A stretch of 63,894 nt of DNA, the filler included, from an uncultured bacterium (GTDB lineage Bacteria > CAYJRR01): NCBI GenBank assembly GCA_964372275.1. It is 4 parts of 4 records of this genome, joined end to end, with 100 filler letters (N's around TTAATTAATTAA, not from the genome) between each part and the next. Parts side by side here need not be neighbours in the genome. Positions count along the whole stretch, not along the records: positions 1 to 19,801 come from CAYJRR010000085.1; positions 19,902 to 39,649 come from CAYJRR010000086.1; 2 more parts are not named here. The stretch is one strand, 5' to 3'. Positions 18,549-27,973 of the stretch are shown piece by piece (within the stretch, counting starts at the first letter, position 1; each line of letters begins with the position of its first letter). The notes under the pieces were generated by a model. The model was not told the origin of the DNA. It saw only the letters and a program-made list of their open reading frames with translations, and did not search any database. The translations under genes were made by a program, and so were the position numbers.

Positions 18549-19801
18549 GCCTTGTTGAGCGACGCGGCGATCCGCACGTCCAGCCTCCGGTGGGCGTCGC
18601 GGAGCGATCGCTCGACCGACTCCGGAGATTCGCCCCGCGCGAAGAGGAAGCCGAGATAGCTCGATCCCTCGGGCAACGCGACGACCGTCCGGCCGGTCTG
18701 CGCGGTGATCGAGAGCTCCTCGATCCCCGGGACGGCCTTGGCCGCCTCGATGCCGTCGATGCCGCGGAAGACGCCGGTCGCCGGGATCGGGAGCATCATC
18801 ACCCCGGCCGCGGGGCGGGACGGATCGCGTGTGACGGGCGTCCCGTCGGGGGGCCGCCGATCCGGCCGCATCGAAGAGCCCCTCGCCACGGCGTGGCGCA
18901 GGATCACCTCCTCGAGCGACATCCCGGCGCCGAAGCGCAGCGCGCGCGAGCAGAGTCCGCCGATCGAGCGCGCGGCGATCTCCAGGACGTGTGGCCCGCC
19001 GGCGGCGACCCGGAGCTCGGCATGGACGGGGCCTTCGACCAGGCCGAGCGCCGCCGCGGCGCGGGCCGTCTCGGCGAGGATCGCGTCCTGCGTGGAGGAG
19101 GGGAGGCGCGACGGCGTGACGTAGATCGTCTCCTCGAAGAACGGGCCGTCGAGCGGGTCGGGCTTGTCGAACAGGGCGAGGACCTCGAGCCGGCCGTCGG
19201 TGAGGAGACCCTCCAGCGCCACCTCCCCTCCGGGGACGAACGATTCGACCAGCACCGATCCGGCGGTGTCGCCGGCGCGGGCACGCACCTCCGGGTCCGA
19301 GAGGATCTTCCGCACCCGTTCGAACGCGGCGGCGAAGCCGGGCTCGTCGTCGGCGCGGATCACGCCGCGGCTGGCGGAGAGCGAGCGGGGCTTCACCACG
19401 CAGGGGAAGCCCGGGTCGGCGGCCGCCCGCGCCGCCGCCTCGACCGCCGGGAGCGACAGCGGAAGCTCGCGGAACCGCGGCTGGCGCACGCCCCCCTCGG
19501 CGAACCGTCCCCGCATCTCGCGCTTGTCGCGAGAGGCGCGCGCCGCGCCGACCGGGTTGTGCGGAAGTCCGAGCGCGCCCGTGGCGAGGGCGGCGACCAC
19601 GGTGGTCGGATCGTCGGTGGCGACCACGCCGTCGAGCGGCGACGAGGATGCGTACGCCACGATCCGCCGGGCCGACTCCTCCGGGTCCAGGAGGTCGAGG
19701 ACGACCGAGTCTCGCGTGAGCGGCACCGCCCCTTGCGACTCGAGCACGTGGCACCGGTCGCTCCCCAGCACCACCTCCACCCCCAACCGGTCGGCCGCCG
19801 C
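18545..19801 (-). CDS. ATP-grasp domain protein (amino-acid ligase-like), 5' end cut by contig end
   Basis: RDKREMR, FPCVVKP..LSASRGV, LVESFVPGGEVALEG, GPVHAELR, LEIAARSIGGLC. Confidence 0.9.
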   Translation of the reverse strand, partial: AAADRLGVEVVLGSDRCHVLESQGAVPLTRDSVVLDLLDPEESARRIVAYASSSPLDGVVATDDPTTVVAALATGALGLPHNPVGAARASRDKREMRGRFAEGGVRQPRFRELPLSLPAVEAAARAAADPGFPCVVKPRSLSASRGVIRADDEPGFAAAFERVRKILSDPEVRARAGDTAGSVLVESFVPGGEVALEGLLTDGRLEVLALFDKPDPLDGPFFEETIYVTPSRLPSSTQDAILAETARAAAALGLVEGPVHAELRVAAGGPHVLEIAARSIGGLCSRALRFGAGMSLEEVILRHAVARGSSMRPDRRPPDGTPVTRDPSRPAAGVMMLPIPATGVFRGIDGIEAAKAVPGIEELSITAQTGRTVVALPEGSSYLGFLFARGESPESVERSLRDAHRRLDVRIAASLNKA

Positions 19802-19901
19802 NNNNNNNNNNNNNNNNNNNNNNNNNNNNNNNNNNNNNNNNNNNNTTAATTAATTAANNNNNNNNNNNNNNNNNNNNNNNNNNNNNNNNNNNNNNNNNNN
19901 N
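19802..19901. other. Artificial contig linker
   Basis: N44-TTAATTAATTAA-N44 (stops in all six frames). Confidence 0.99.
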
Positions 19902-20760
19902 GGGTTATATTGTCCTCCCGGACGCCCGCGCCCGGGGGCTGTCCGTTGACGGTGAGCGTCACCAACTTGAAGCGCTCCGCTTTCAGCCGTTCGACCGTCT
20001 TGGCGACCGACGGAGGGAACTCGTCGGGATCGACCACCAGCCCGGGCATCAGCGTGAGGGCGGCGGCGGCGTCGTCGGACGCCAGCTTGACGTCGTTCAT
20101 CGAAAGGTAGACGGCGGTCCGCCAGAGCAGCAGACGGACGCGGTCGGCGAGAGGGAAGGCGAACCGGTCCTGCAGGTTCGACAGCTCCCCCAGGCGGGCG
20201 ATCGCTTCGAGCGGACGGTCGTCGTAGTAGGCGGTCGAGGCATCTTCGAGCAGCGTCGCCGCCTGTTTGAGCGAATCGGCGTCGGGAACGACGCCCGCCG
20301 TTCCGGCCGTGGTGACGTGGGCCGTGCCGAGCAGGCTGGCGATCTCCTCGGTCGGGACGAGCGTCAGCTCGGAGAGGCCGGTGAGCGCCTGCTCGAGACG
20401 TCGCTGCAGATCGCCGGCGACGACGGCTTCGGGGCCGACGCTCAAGACCGCCACGCGGGCGGGGACCGCGGCCTTGGGCGCCGGCGTCGCCTCCGGGCTC
20501 GCGGTTGGCGCGGGCGATTCGCTCGCTGCTGGGGACGGGGAGGGGCTTGCCGTCGCACCGGGTGGCGTCGGCGAGGGCGCGGCAGCCGGCGTCGCGCCGG
20601 GAACGGGTGACGCCGTCGACGCGGGGGAGACGGTCGAGGCGGGGGAGGCGGTCGATCCGGAATCGGCACCGTGCCCCGTCCGGGCCGCGGGCGCCGACGC
20701 AATGGCCGCGGCGAGCGCCATCGCCAGGAGGCCCGCTGCCGGCGACGGCCGCCGCGTCAC
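19902..20760 (-). CDS. Secreted Pro/Ala-rich protein with helical region and probable PEGA-like domain, 3' truncated
   Basis: GTG overlaps the NHL gene stop (GTGA); signal peptide, STASPA repeats, DPDEFPP, LTVNGQPPGA. Confidence 0.7.
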
Positions 20761-23000
20761 GGCACGATCCGGCGGATGCGGTGATTCCAATCGGTCACGT
20801 AGACGACGCCGTCGGCGCCGATCGCCAGGCCGAACGGCCGGCTGAGCGACGCGTCGAGACGCGGCCCTCGCTCGCCGGCCAGCCCCCAACGACCGGTCCC
20901 CGCCACCCGCTCGACGATTCCCGACCCGGAGAGCTTCGCGCGCCGGACGATCGCTCCGTCGGACTGCGACCAGTAGAGATACCCGTCGTGGATCGCGAGG
21001 CCCAAGGGCCGGCCGACGGTCGCCAGGTTCGGCGGCAATCCGTCCCCCGCATACCCGGTGTTTCCGTTGCCGGCGAAGGTCGTGATCGTGCCGAGGGCGA
21101 GGTCGACCTTCCGGATGCGATGGTTGTTGTGGTCGGCGATGAACAGCACGCCGGTTCCGACGGCGAGGCCGGTCGGCTGGCTCTCCGTCATGTCGAAGGT
21201 GGCGTTCGTCGCGAGGCCCCCATCGCCGCCGTAGCCGGAGGCGTTGGTGCCGGCGATCCGGTTGATCTGGCCGGAGCCGACGGTGACGCCGCCGACGACG
21301 ATCGGGTTCGCCGTGCGGTTGATCATCCGGATCCGGTCGTCGTCGGCGATGAAGAGATTGCCGGCGGAGTCGACGGCGACGCCGGTCGGCGCGTCGAGGG
21401 CCGCGGCGGCCGGGGCCCCTCCGTCGCCGGTTCCGAAGTTCACCTTCACGCCGGTGCCGGCGAGGCGTCGGATCACCCCGTCGGCGTCGATCTCCCGCAC
21501 CACGAAGTTCCGCGCGTCGGCGACGACCACGACGTCGCGGCGGGCCGCCACGGAGGTCCCCCAGAAGCCGGCGTCCCGGGCCGGACCCTCGTCGCCGGTG
21601 GCGAGCGGGCTGCCGGTGCCGGCGACGGTGTCGCGGTCGCCGCTCTCCGGATCGACCCGCCACAGGTAGGCGTTCTCCGCGGTCATCCGCAGCGATCCGT
21701 CGTCGAGCACCGCGATCGACGTCGGCTCGAGCCACGCGCCGTCGAGGCGCCCTTCGTCGGCGTACCCCGCGATCACCGTCATCGTCGGACTCGCCGGATC
21801 GATGCGCCGGATCACCGCGTTGCCGCCGTCGAGCACCAGCATCGCCCCGTCGGCGGCGACCAGCGGCGGGGCGCCGCTCAGGCGGAACGCCTGCTGGCGG
21901 GGGGCGGAGCCGTCGAGGTAGGGGAAGTCGCTCAAGCCCGTGCCGGCCACGGTGTCGATCGCGGTGGCGTTGACGGTGATGCCGCCGAACGAGAGGGAGG
22001 CCGCGCTCCCGATGTTCACCATGCGGATCCGGGCGTTGTCGTGGTCGGCGATGAACAGGCGTCCTTGACCGTCGTACGCGACGCCGGTGGGGGAGTTGAG
22101 GAGCGCGGCGGTCGCCGCGCCGCCGTCCCCGGCAAATCCGCGCGTGCCGGTTCCGGCGATCGTCTGCACCACGCCGCCGGCGATCTTCCGGATGCGGTGA
22201 TTGCCGGTGTCGGCGAAGACGATCGAGCCGTCGGGAAGCTCGACCGCGTGGTCCGGCGAGTTGATCGCCGAGGCGGTCGCCGCGATGCCGTTGGCCCCGG
22301 CGCCGGCGGTTCCCGTCCCGGCGATCACCGCCCGGCTCTTCGCGGGGATCGTCACGTTGGCGACCGACACGTTGACGTCGCCGCGGTTGATCGCCCAGAT
22401 GCGATGGCCGTTCCCTTCGGGAACGAGGAGCTGTCCGCCGCGCGTGCACGACAGGTGCGAGGAGGTTCCCAGCGACAGCGCGATCGCCCCCGCGGCATCG
22501 GACACGAGCTCGATCAGCCCGGTCCCCGGGTTCAGGCCGTAGATCAGGTTGTCGCCGGCGGGCAGTCCGAACGGCTGTTCGGCCCAGGAGGACCAGTAGA
22601 CCCAGCCGTCGGAACAGGCGGCGACGGTGTCGGGGCGGGTGATCGCCGTCTCGAGCGCCGCGCCGCCGGCGCGAAAGCCGAGGTCATCGGACTCGCCGTT
22701 CCCGGCGACCGTCTCCACCACGCCGTCAGCGTCGATGCGTCGGATCCGGTTCTGGAACGTGTCGGCGACGAACAGGTTGCCGCTCGTGTCGACGGCGAAT
22801 CCGCGGGGATATCCGAAACTCGCCTCTAGCGCCGGTCCGCCGTCGCCGGCGCCAACCGACCCGAGCGAACAGGAGCTCCCCGCCTTCTCGCAGTCGACCG
22901 TCTCGTCGTCGATCACGAACCGGCTGCGGACGCAGGAGATCGACACGACCGTCGCGGCGAGGAACAGGAGGAGCGCGCGACGTCGGCGGTAGCCACGCAT
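20757..23000 (-). CDS. NHL-repeat beta-propeller protein, probable lipoprotein
   Basis: Many GDGGxAxxA..P.GVAVDxxGNLFIADxxNxRIR units; N-terminal hydrophobic stretch ending SISC. Confidence 0.92.
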   Translation of the reverse strand: MRGYRRRRALLLFLAATVVSISCVRSRFVIDDETVDCEKAGSSCSLGSVGAGDGGPALEASFGYPRGFAVDTSGNLFVADTFQNRIRRIDADGVVETVAGNGESDDLGFRAGGAALETAITRPDTVAACSDGWVYWSSWAEQPFGLPAGDNLIYGLNPGTGLIELVSDAAGAIALSLGTSSHLSCTRGGQLLVPEGNGHRIWAINRGDVNVSVANVTIPAKSRAVIAGTGTAGAGANGIAATASAINSPDHAVELPDGSIVFADTGNHRIRKIAGGVVQTIAGTGTRGFAGDGGAATAALLNSPTGVAYDGQGRLFIADHDNARIRMVNIGSAASLSFGGITVNATAIDTVAGTGLSDFPYLDGSAPRQQAFRLSGAPPLVAADGAMLVLDGGNAVIRRIDPASPTMTVIAGYADEGRLDGAWLEPTSIAVLDDGSLRMTAENAYLWRVDPESGDRDTVAGTGSPLATGDEGPARDAGFWGTSVAARRDVVVVADARNFVVREIDADGVIRRLAGTGVKVNFGTGDGGAPAAAALDAPTGVAVDSAGNLFIADDDRIRMINRTANPIVVGGVTVGSGQINRIAGTNASGYGGDGGLATNATFDMTESQPTGLAVGTGVLFIADHNNHRIRKVDLALGTITTFAGNGNTGYAGDGLPPNLATVGRPLGLAIHDGYLYWSQSDGAIVRRAKLSGSGIVERVAGTGRWGLAGERGPRLDASLSRPFGLAIGADGVVYVTDWNHRIRRIVP

Positions 23001-23085
23001 TCAACTCATTCTATTCGCGAATCCGGTCCCGACGCGAATGGTCACGCCCTTCGGGCTCATCGGGGGAACTCCCCCATGCCCCCTG

Positions 23086-23913
23086 CTACGCCTTGGCGCG
23101 CGCCGGTTCGGCGGGGAACGTTCCGGCCAGCGCGTCGAGCACGAGCTTCCGCGTGTCGTCGGGGAAGTCGCTGCGCGAGATCCACTCCAGGTAGCCCCGC
23201 TCGTCCGCCGCCATCTGCTGCAACGTCTTCCCCTGGTGTTTGCCGAAGTTGATCCGCGCTGCGCCGTCGCGCCACGCGATCTTGCCGTCCGAGCTCAAGG
23301 CGTCCGGCGACCGCTGGCGGCAGTACTCGTCGAGGGTCGTCACGTCTCCCGGCAGCGCGAGGTAACGCGCGAGCTGCGCGCGGAGGACGTCGATCGTCGC
23401 CGCCACGTCCGCCTCGGCGCGGTGTCCCTGGTGGGGGCGCTCGCAGTAGAAACGCACGGCCGACTCCAGGCCGAACTTCTCGTTGCGGTGGAAGATCGCC
23501 ATCGCGTCGATCACCCGGCAGCGCTCCGGGTCGAAGCGGATCTGCGCGCGCGCGAACTCGGCGGCGAGCACCCGCAGGTCGAAGCGGCGCAGGTTGAAGC
23601 CCCCCAGGTCGTGGCCCTCCAGCGAGCGCGCCAGCTCGGAGGCGATCTCCGCGAACGCCGGGGCGTTGGCCACGTCGGCGTCGGTGATCCCGTGGACGGC
23701 GCTCGCGTCGGCGGGGATCGGTTGGCCGGGGTTCACCAGGGTGCGGAAACGGGTGACCTGGCCGGTCGGCAGCACCGTGACACTGGCGTACTCGACGATG
23801 CGATCTCGTTCGGGGGAGGTTCCGGTCGTCTCCAGGTCGAGGAAGCTCAACGGCCGCTCGATCTTGAGCCGCCGCGCGATCTCGCGCAGAGCCTCCTCGG
23901 TGGCGCCGGACAT
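23086..23913 (-). CDS. DEDDh 3'-5' exonuclease (DnaQ-like)
   Basis: FLDLETTG, VHGITD, GFNLRRFD, HRAEADV; C-terminal INFGKHQGK module. Confidence 0.92.
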   Translation of the reverse strand: MSGATEEALREIARRLKIERPLSFLDLETTGTSPERDRIVEYASVTVLPTGQVTRFRTLVNPGQPIPADASAVHGITDADVANAPAFAEIASELARSLEGHDLGGFNLRRFDLRVLAAEFARAQIRFDPERCRVIDAMAIFHRNEKFGLESAVRFYCERPHQGHRAEADVAATIDVLRAQLARYLALPGDVTTLDEYCRQRSPDALSSDGKIAWRDGAARINFGKHQGKTLQQMAADERGYLEWISRSDFPDDTRKLVLDALAGTFPAEPARAKA

Positions 23914-23975
23914 TGGGGCGCGCAGCATACCACGTGTGAAAACGGCGCGGAGGCGGCACGAAGGACTGGAGTAGA

Positions 23976-26489
23976 ATGGGAGAGCCGATGCGTTGCCGGG
24001 CGCTTTTCGCGTGTGCGGTCGTCGTCGTCGGGGCCTGGGTGGGCTCGGCGGCGGCGGAGGCGGAGGAGGGGGGGGGCGCCCCGCCGGAGGCCATCGCGTC
24101 CCCGACCCCCGTCGCGCCGGCGCCGGACGCAAGCCCCGAGCCCGGCGCGAGCGCGCCGCCGTTGCCGGCGGAAACACCGCCGGCGGAGACGAAGGCGCCG
24201 GAGGGGACGTCGGCGGACGCGGCGGCGCCGGGAACGCCGGCGGCCGCGACCGATGGCGGCGCGCCTGCTGCCGCCGCCCCGGCCTCCGCGACCGAAGCCC
24301 CGGCCGGCGGATCGCCGGGGGCCGCGCCGGCCGACCCGTTGCCGATCGTTCCGCGTCCCCGCCCCGCGCGCGCCGAGATGGTGACCGGTCCACCGACGCT
24401 CTACGGCTACTCCGGCGGGCTGCGCGTCGTCTCGGCGAGTCCGACGTCGTGGCTGGCCGCGAACGTCGTCGTCGCCGGGGAGTGGTTCTCGATCCCCGGC
24501 TACCTGATCGAGGGGAAGAAGCACCATCACAACGGCGCCTCCTTCACGGTGAACGTGGCGCTCCTCAAGTACCTCGAAGTGGCTTCGACGATCCTCGGGT
24601 CGACGCACCACGACGGCGGCACGAACCCGGTCTTCATCGCCGCGATCGGCGATGCCGACGTCAGCGGGCGGGTCGTCCTCCCCGTCTTCCATCGGGGATC
24701 GTTCCGCCTCTGCCTCGGCGCGAGAGGCGGCGCGAAGCTGATGCAGGGATCGATCGACGCCGAGGACCCGGAGGCGCGGCCGGAGTTGATCCGGAGCCCG
24801 TACGGATTCGGACTGTTGTCGATCGAAGGGGGCCCGGCGCGATTGAGCCTGAACGGCGGTTTCATGGAGGACCGCTCTCGGGAGCTGGTTGCCGACGACT
24901 TCGACTTCGACCTGCAACCGGCCGAAGCCTACGCCTACGGCGTGAGCCGGTACGACGCCTACCTGGGCGGCGTCGCGCTCGACTTTCCACGGTGGCGATT
25001 CGCGCCGTTCGTCGAGGCGAGCGGTCGATCGGACATCGGCGCCGACGGTGATCCGGCGATCGTCGGCACCGGGGGGCTGCGCGCGCAGAGCGCCGACCGG
25101 CAGGCCACCTTCTTCGTGGCCGGGGATCTCGGGTTGATGGGAAAGAAGGTCGTTCCCGGCCGGCTGCGGGCCCCCGAGTGGCAGGTGGTCGGCGGCTTCA
25201 GCATCTCGTGGGGCCAGCGCCTCCCGTCGCGCAGCCCGCTCCTGCCGCCGGCGATCCCGATCGCACGGGCCCCCGCCTCCCCCGCCGCGCTTCCGGAGGT
25301 CGCCGACTACATCGCGGTGAAGAAAGGGGTGCTGGTCGGTTCGATCGTCGAGGACGCGACCGGAAAGGCGGTCCCCGGCGCCACGATCGAGCTGGACGAC
25401 GGGTCGTCGGTGGTCGCCAACGCCGACGGACGGTTCGACGCCACCGGGCTGAAGCTTGGGTTGGCCTTCCTGACCGTCCGGCACCCCGGTTTCGCGGAGA
25501 AGCGCGCCGTCTACAGCGTCACCGAGCGGCGCGACAACGCGTTGGAGCTGCGGCTGCTGCGGCCGGAGGAGGCGATCCGGGTCGCTCGCGCCGCCGCCGT
25601 GCCGATCGAGGACGCGGCCGCGGGCGCCACCCCGGGCGCGATCGTCGGCGCTGCCGTCGCCACCGCGCGCGTTGCCGACGGCGCGGCCGTCACGACCACC
25701 GCCGCCACCGACGGGGCCGCGGACGCCACGTCCGGCGTTGCCGACGGCGCCGCGGCCACGACGCCGGCCGCCGCCGCGGCCACGACGCCGGCCGCCGCCG
25801 CCCCGGTCGCCGCGGGCGGCCCGGTCCCGTCGCTGACGGTCGAGGTTCCGCTCGACGCGGTGGCGGGTGCCGCCGACGTCGCCACCGGTTCCGCTTCGGC
25901 CGCAACCGGCGTCGCCGGGACCGGTCTCGCGGCCGCCGCGACCGCCGGCGAGACGACGTCGCTTCTGGCCGCGCCGCTCGACGTCGCGGCAACCGTCGTT
26001 TCGAGCCTTCCCGTCGCCGCGGCCGGCCTTCTGCTGGCGGTTCCGTCGCTCCTTTCCGGCGGGGACGGCGGCGCGCCCGGTCCGTCCTCCGGCGGCACGG
26101 CCGGTCTCGCCTCCGGCGTCGCGGCCGGTCCGGTCTCCGTGGCCGCGCCCGTTGCCGCCGTCGCCGCCGTGCCCGACGCGCCGACCGCGTCCCCGGCGGC
26201 CGCTCCCGCCGTCGGCTCCGCGAGCGGAGCGCCGGGGACCGACCCGGCCGCGACGCTCGCCGTTGCCCCGGGGGCGCCGGTCGTCGCACTCGCGCCGGCG
26301 GCCGCGTCGGAGCTGCCGATCGCCGCGGCCGTGGCCTCCGCGCCGACGCTCCCCGTCGTCCCCCGGGTGCTGATCCTCCCGCCGCCACGACCGCGCCCCG
26401 GACCGGAGGCCAAGCTCCTTCCCGTCACCGCCCGCTGGCCCGCCGCCAGCCGCCGGGGTCTTTCCTGGCGCCGAATGCCGCTCCCCTAG
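23976..26489 (+). CDS. Secreted protein: Pro/Ala linker, barrel-like region, carboxypeptidase-regulatory-like domain, long Ala-rich tail
   Basis: Signal peptide; GSIVEDATGKAVPGATIEL...ANADGRF...VRHPGF; start could be 23988; tail frame less certain. Confidence 0.7.
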   Translation: MGEPMRCRALFACAVVVVGAWVGSAAAEAEEGGGAPPEAIASPTPVAPAPDASPEPGASAPPLPAETPPAETKAPEGTSADAAAPGTPAAATDGGAPAAAAPASATEAPAGGSPGAAPADPLPIVPRPRPARAEMVTGPPTLYGYSGGLRVVSASPTSWLAANVVVAGEWFSIPGYLIEGKKHHHNGASFTVNVALLKYLEVASTILGSTHHDGGTNPVFIAAIGDADVSGRVVLPVFHRGSFRLCLGARGGAKLMQGSIDAEDPEARPELIRSPYGFGLLSIEGGPARLSLNGGFMEDRSRELVADDFDFDLQPAEAYAYGVSRYDAYLGGVALDFPRWRFAPFVEASGRSDIGADGDPAIVGTGGLRAQSADRQATFFVAGDLGLMGKKVVPGRLRAPEWQVVGGFSISWGQRLPSRSPLLPPAIPIARAPASPAALPEVADYIAVKKGVLVGSIVEDATGKAVPGATIELDDGSSVVANADGRFDATGLKLGLAFLTVRHPGFAEKRAVYSVTERRDNALELRLLRPEEAIRVARAAAVPIEDAAAGATPGAIVGAAVATARVADGAAVTTTAATDGAADATSGVADGAAATTPAAAAATTPAAAAPVAAGGPVPSLTVEVPLDAVAGAADVATGSASAATGVAGTGLAAAATAGETTSLLAAPLDVAATVVSSLPVAAAGLLLAVPSLLSGGDGGAPGPSSGGTAGLASGVAAGPVSVAAPVAAVAAVPDAPTASPAAAPAVGSASGAPGTDPAATLAVAPGAPVVALAPAAASELPIAAAVASAPTLPVVPRVLILPPPRPRPGPEAKLLPVTARWPAASRRGLSWRRMPLP
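25749..25796 (+). repeat. 2 x 24-bp exact tandem repeat (AAATTPAA)
   Basis: gccgcggccacgacgccggccgcc twice. Confidence 0.85.
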
Positions 26490-26651
26490 GTCGACGCGGT
26501 CTGCGGTCTTCACCCGAGAGAGCGAAACCGTCGATCGTGACCATTCGTCACTGCGCCGACTCGGCGCATCGGCAAAAGATTGCCATGCGAGAGTGCGGGC
26601 GATTTCGGCGATCCTAGAGCGGAATGTGAGCCCGATCACGCAGGGGGTCCG

Positions 26652-27951
26652 ATGCGCGCGCTCGTCACGTTCACGCTTCTCCTGTTGTCGGTGATCGTCC
26701 CCGGCTGCCAGGCGGCCCAGTCCGGCGCCGGGGCGCCGTTGTCGATGGTCCTCGACCTCGCCAACGTCGCCGGGACGCTCTACACCAACGGCGTCGTCGA
26801 GTTGTGTGCCGTCGCCTACGGCGCGACGCCGAAGACGATCGACTTCATTCTCGACGGGGAGCTGCTCGCGTCGACCGAGATCCCGTTCTGCTATGCGTGG
26901 GACAGCACGTCGACGCCCGAGGGGGCGCATCTGCTGTTGGTGCGGGGGCAGATCGGCGAGGAGGTGATCGAGAGCGCCGCGATCACGGTGATCGTCGATC
27001 GCACGCGTCCGACCGTCACGCTCCGCACGCCGATCCCCAACGCGGTGAACGTCTCGGTCCAGGAGGCGATCCGCATCGAGTTCGACGAGCCTCTCCATCC
27101 CGCCTCCCTGACGCAGGACGCGGTGATCCTCTCGGGGTCGGGTTCGGTGGCCCTCGCCAAGACCCTGACGTTGACCGAGGACGGGCAGGGTTTCGTGATC
27201 GCCCCCACCGCCGTTCCTCCGCTCCCGACCACCCTTCGCGTCGACCTCTCCGACGGCATCACCGATCTCGCGGGGAATCCGGTCGACGTCGGCGGCACCG
27301 TCTGGTCGTTCACCCTGCCCGCATGGGTCCAGGTCGGTCAGAAGGCGAACAGCGCCGCCCGCAACCTGGTCAACACCAGCGCCTGCCCCGTCGCCGTGGT
27401 CGGCACGACGGGGCAGTTCGTGTTGGCGTGCGTGGANNNNNNNNNNNNNNNNNNNNNNNNNNNNNNNNNNNNNNNNNNNNNNNNNNNNNNNNNNNNNNNN
27501 NNNNNNNNNNNNNNNNNNNNNNNNNNNNNNNNNNNNGCTCGACACCGCCGGCAATCCGGTGGTCGCGTGGGAGGAACCGGATACGACCGTCACCAACGTC
27601 TACGTCAAACGTTGGACCGGGACGGCGTTCGTCTCGGTCGGTGGCCCGATCCAGGAGCAGCTCGGAACGACGAACGCCACCGTTTCGAGAGTCGTCGTCG
27701 ATCCCAAGACCAACTTCCCGATCGTGGCCTGGTTGGAGGGGGACGGCAGCAGCTCCGAGGTGTTCGTCAAGCGGTGGGACGGATCGAACTGGGGGCCGAC
27801 CGAGACGATCAAGCCGACGATCAACAACGGCGTGCTGAGCTTCCAGCCGTTCATGACGATCGGCAAGACGAAGACCCCGGTCTTGAGCTTCATCGAGCAG
27901 GATCCGACCGGGACCACCTTCAGCGTCTACGTGCAGCAGATGAACCGCTGA
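26652..27951 (+). CDS. Ig-like (Big_5-type) domain lipoprotein with C-terminal propeller-like repeats; interrupted by scaffold gap
   Basis: Lipobox IVPGC; VDRTRPTV...IRIEFDEPL.PAS...ITDLAGN; after the gap NPVVAWEE...SVYVQQMNR matches the downstream paralog. Confidence 0.8.
27437..27536. other. Scaffold gap (100 N)
   Basis: N run inside a gene. Confidence 0.99.
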
Positions 27952-27973
27952 CGATCTCTTCTTGGAGAGGGCG

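Noticed and set aside
19846-19857. TTAATTAATTAA palindromes (also 39694-39705 and 58921-58932) as att sites or regulatory repeats
   Set aside because: Centred in identical N runs; standard six-frame-stop contig linker
26571-26584. GGCAAAAGATTGC as a sigma54 promoter
   Set aside because: GG-to-GC spacing is 9, not the required 10, on both strands
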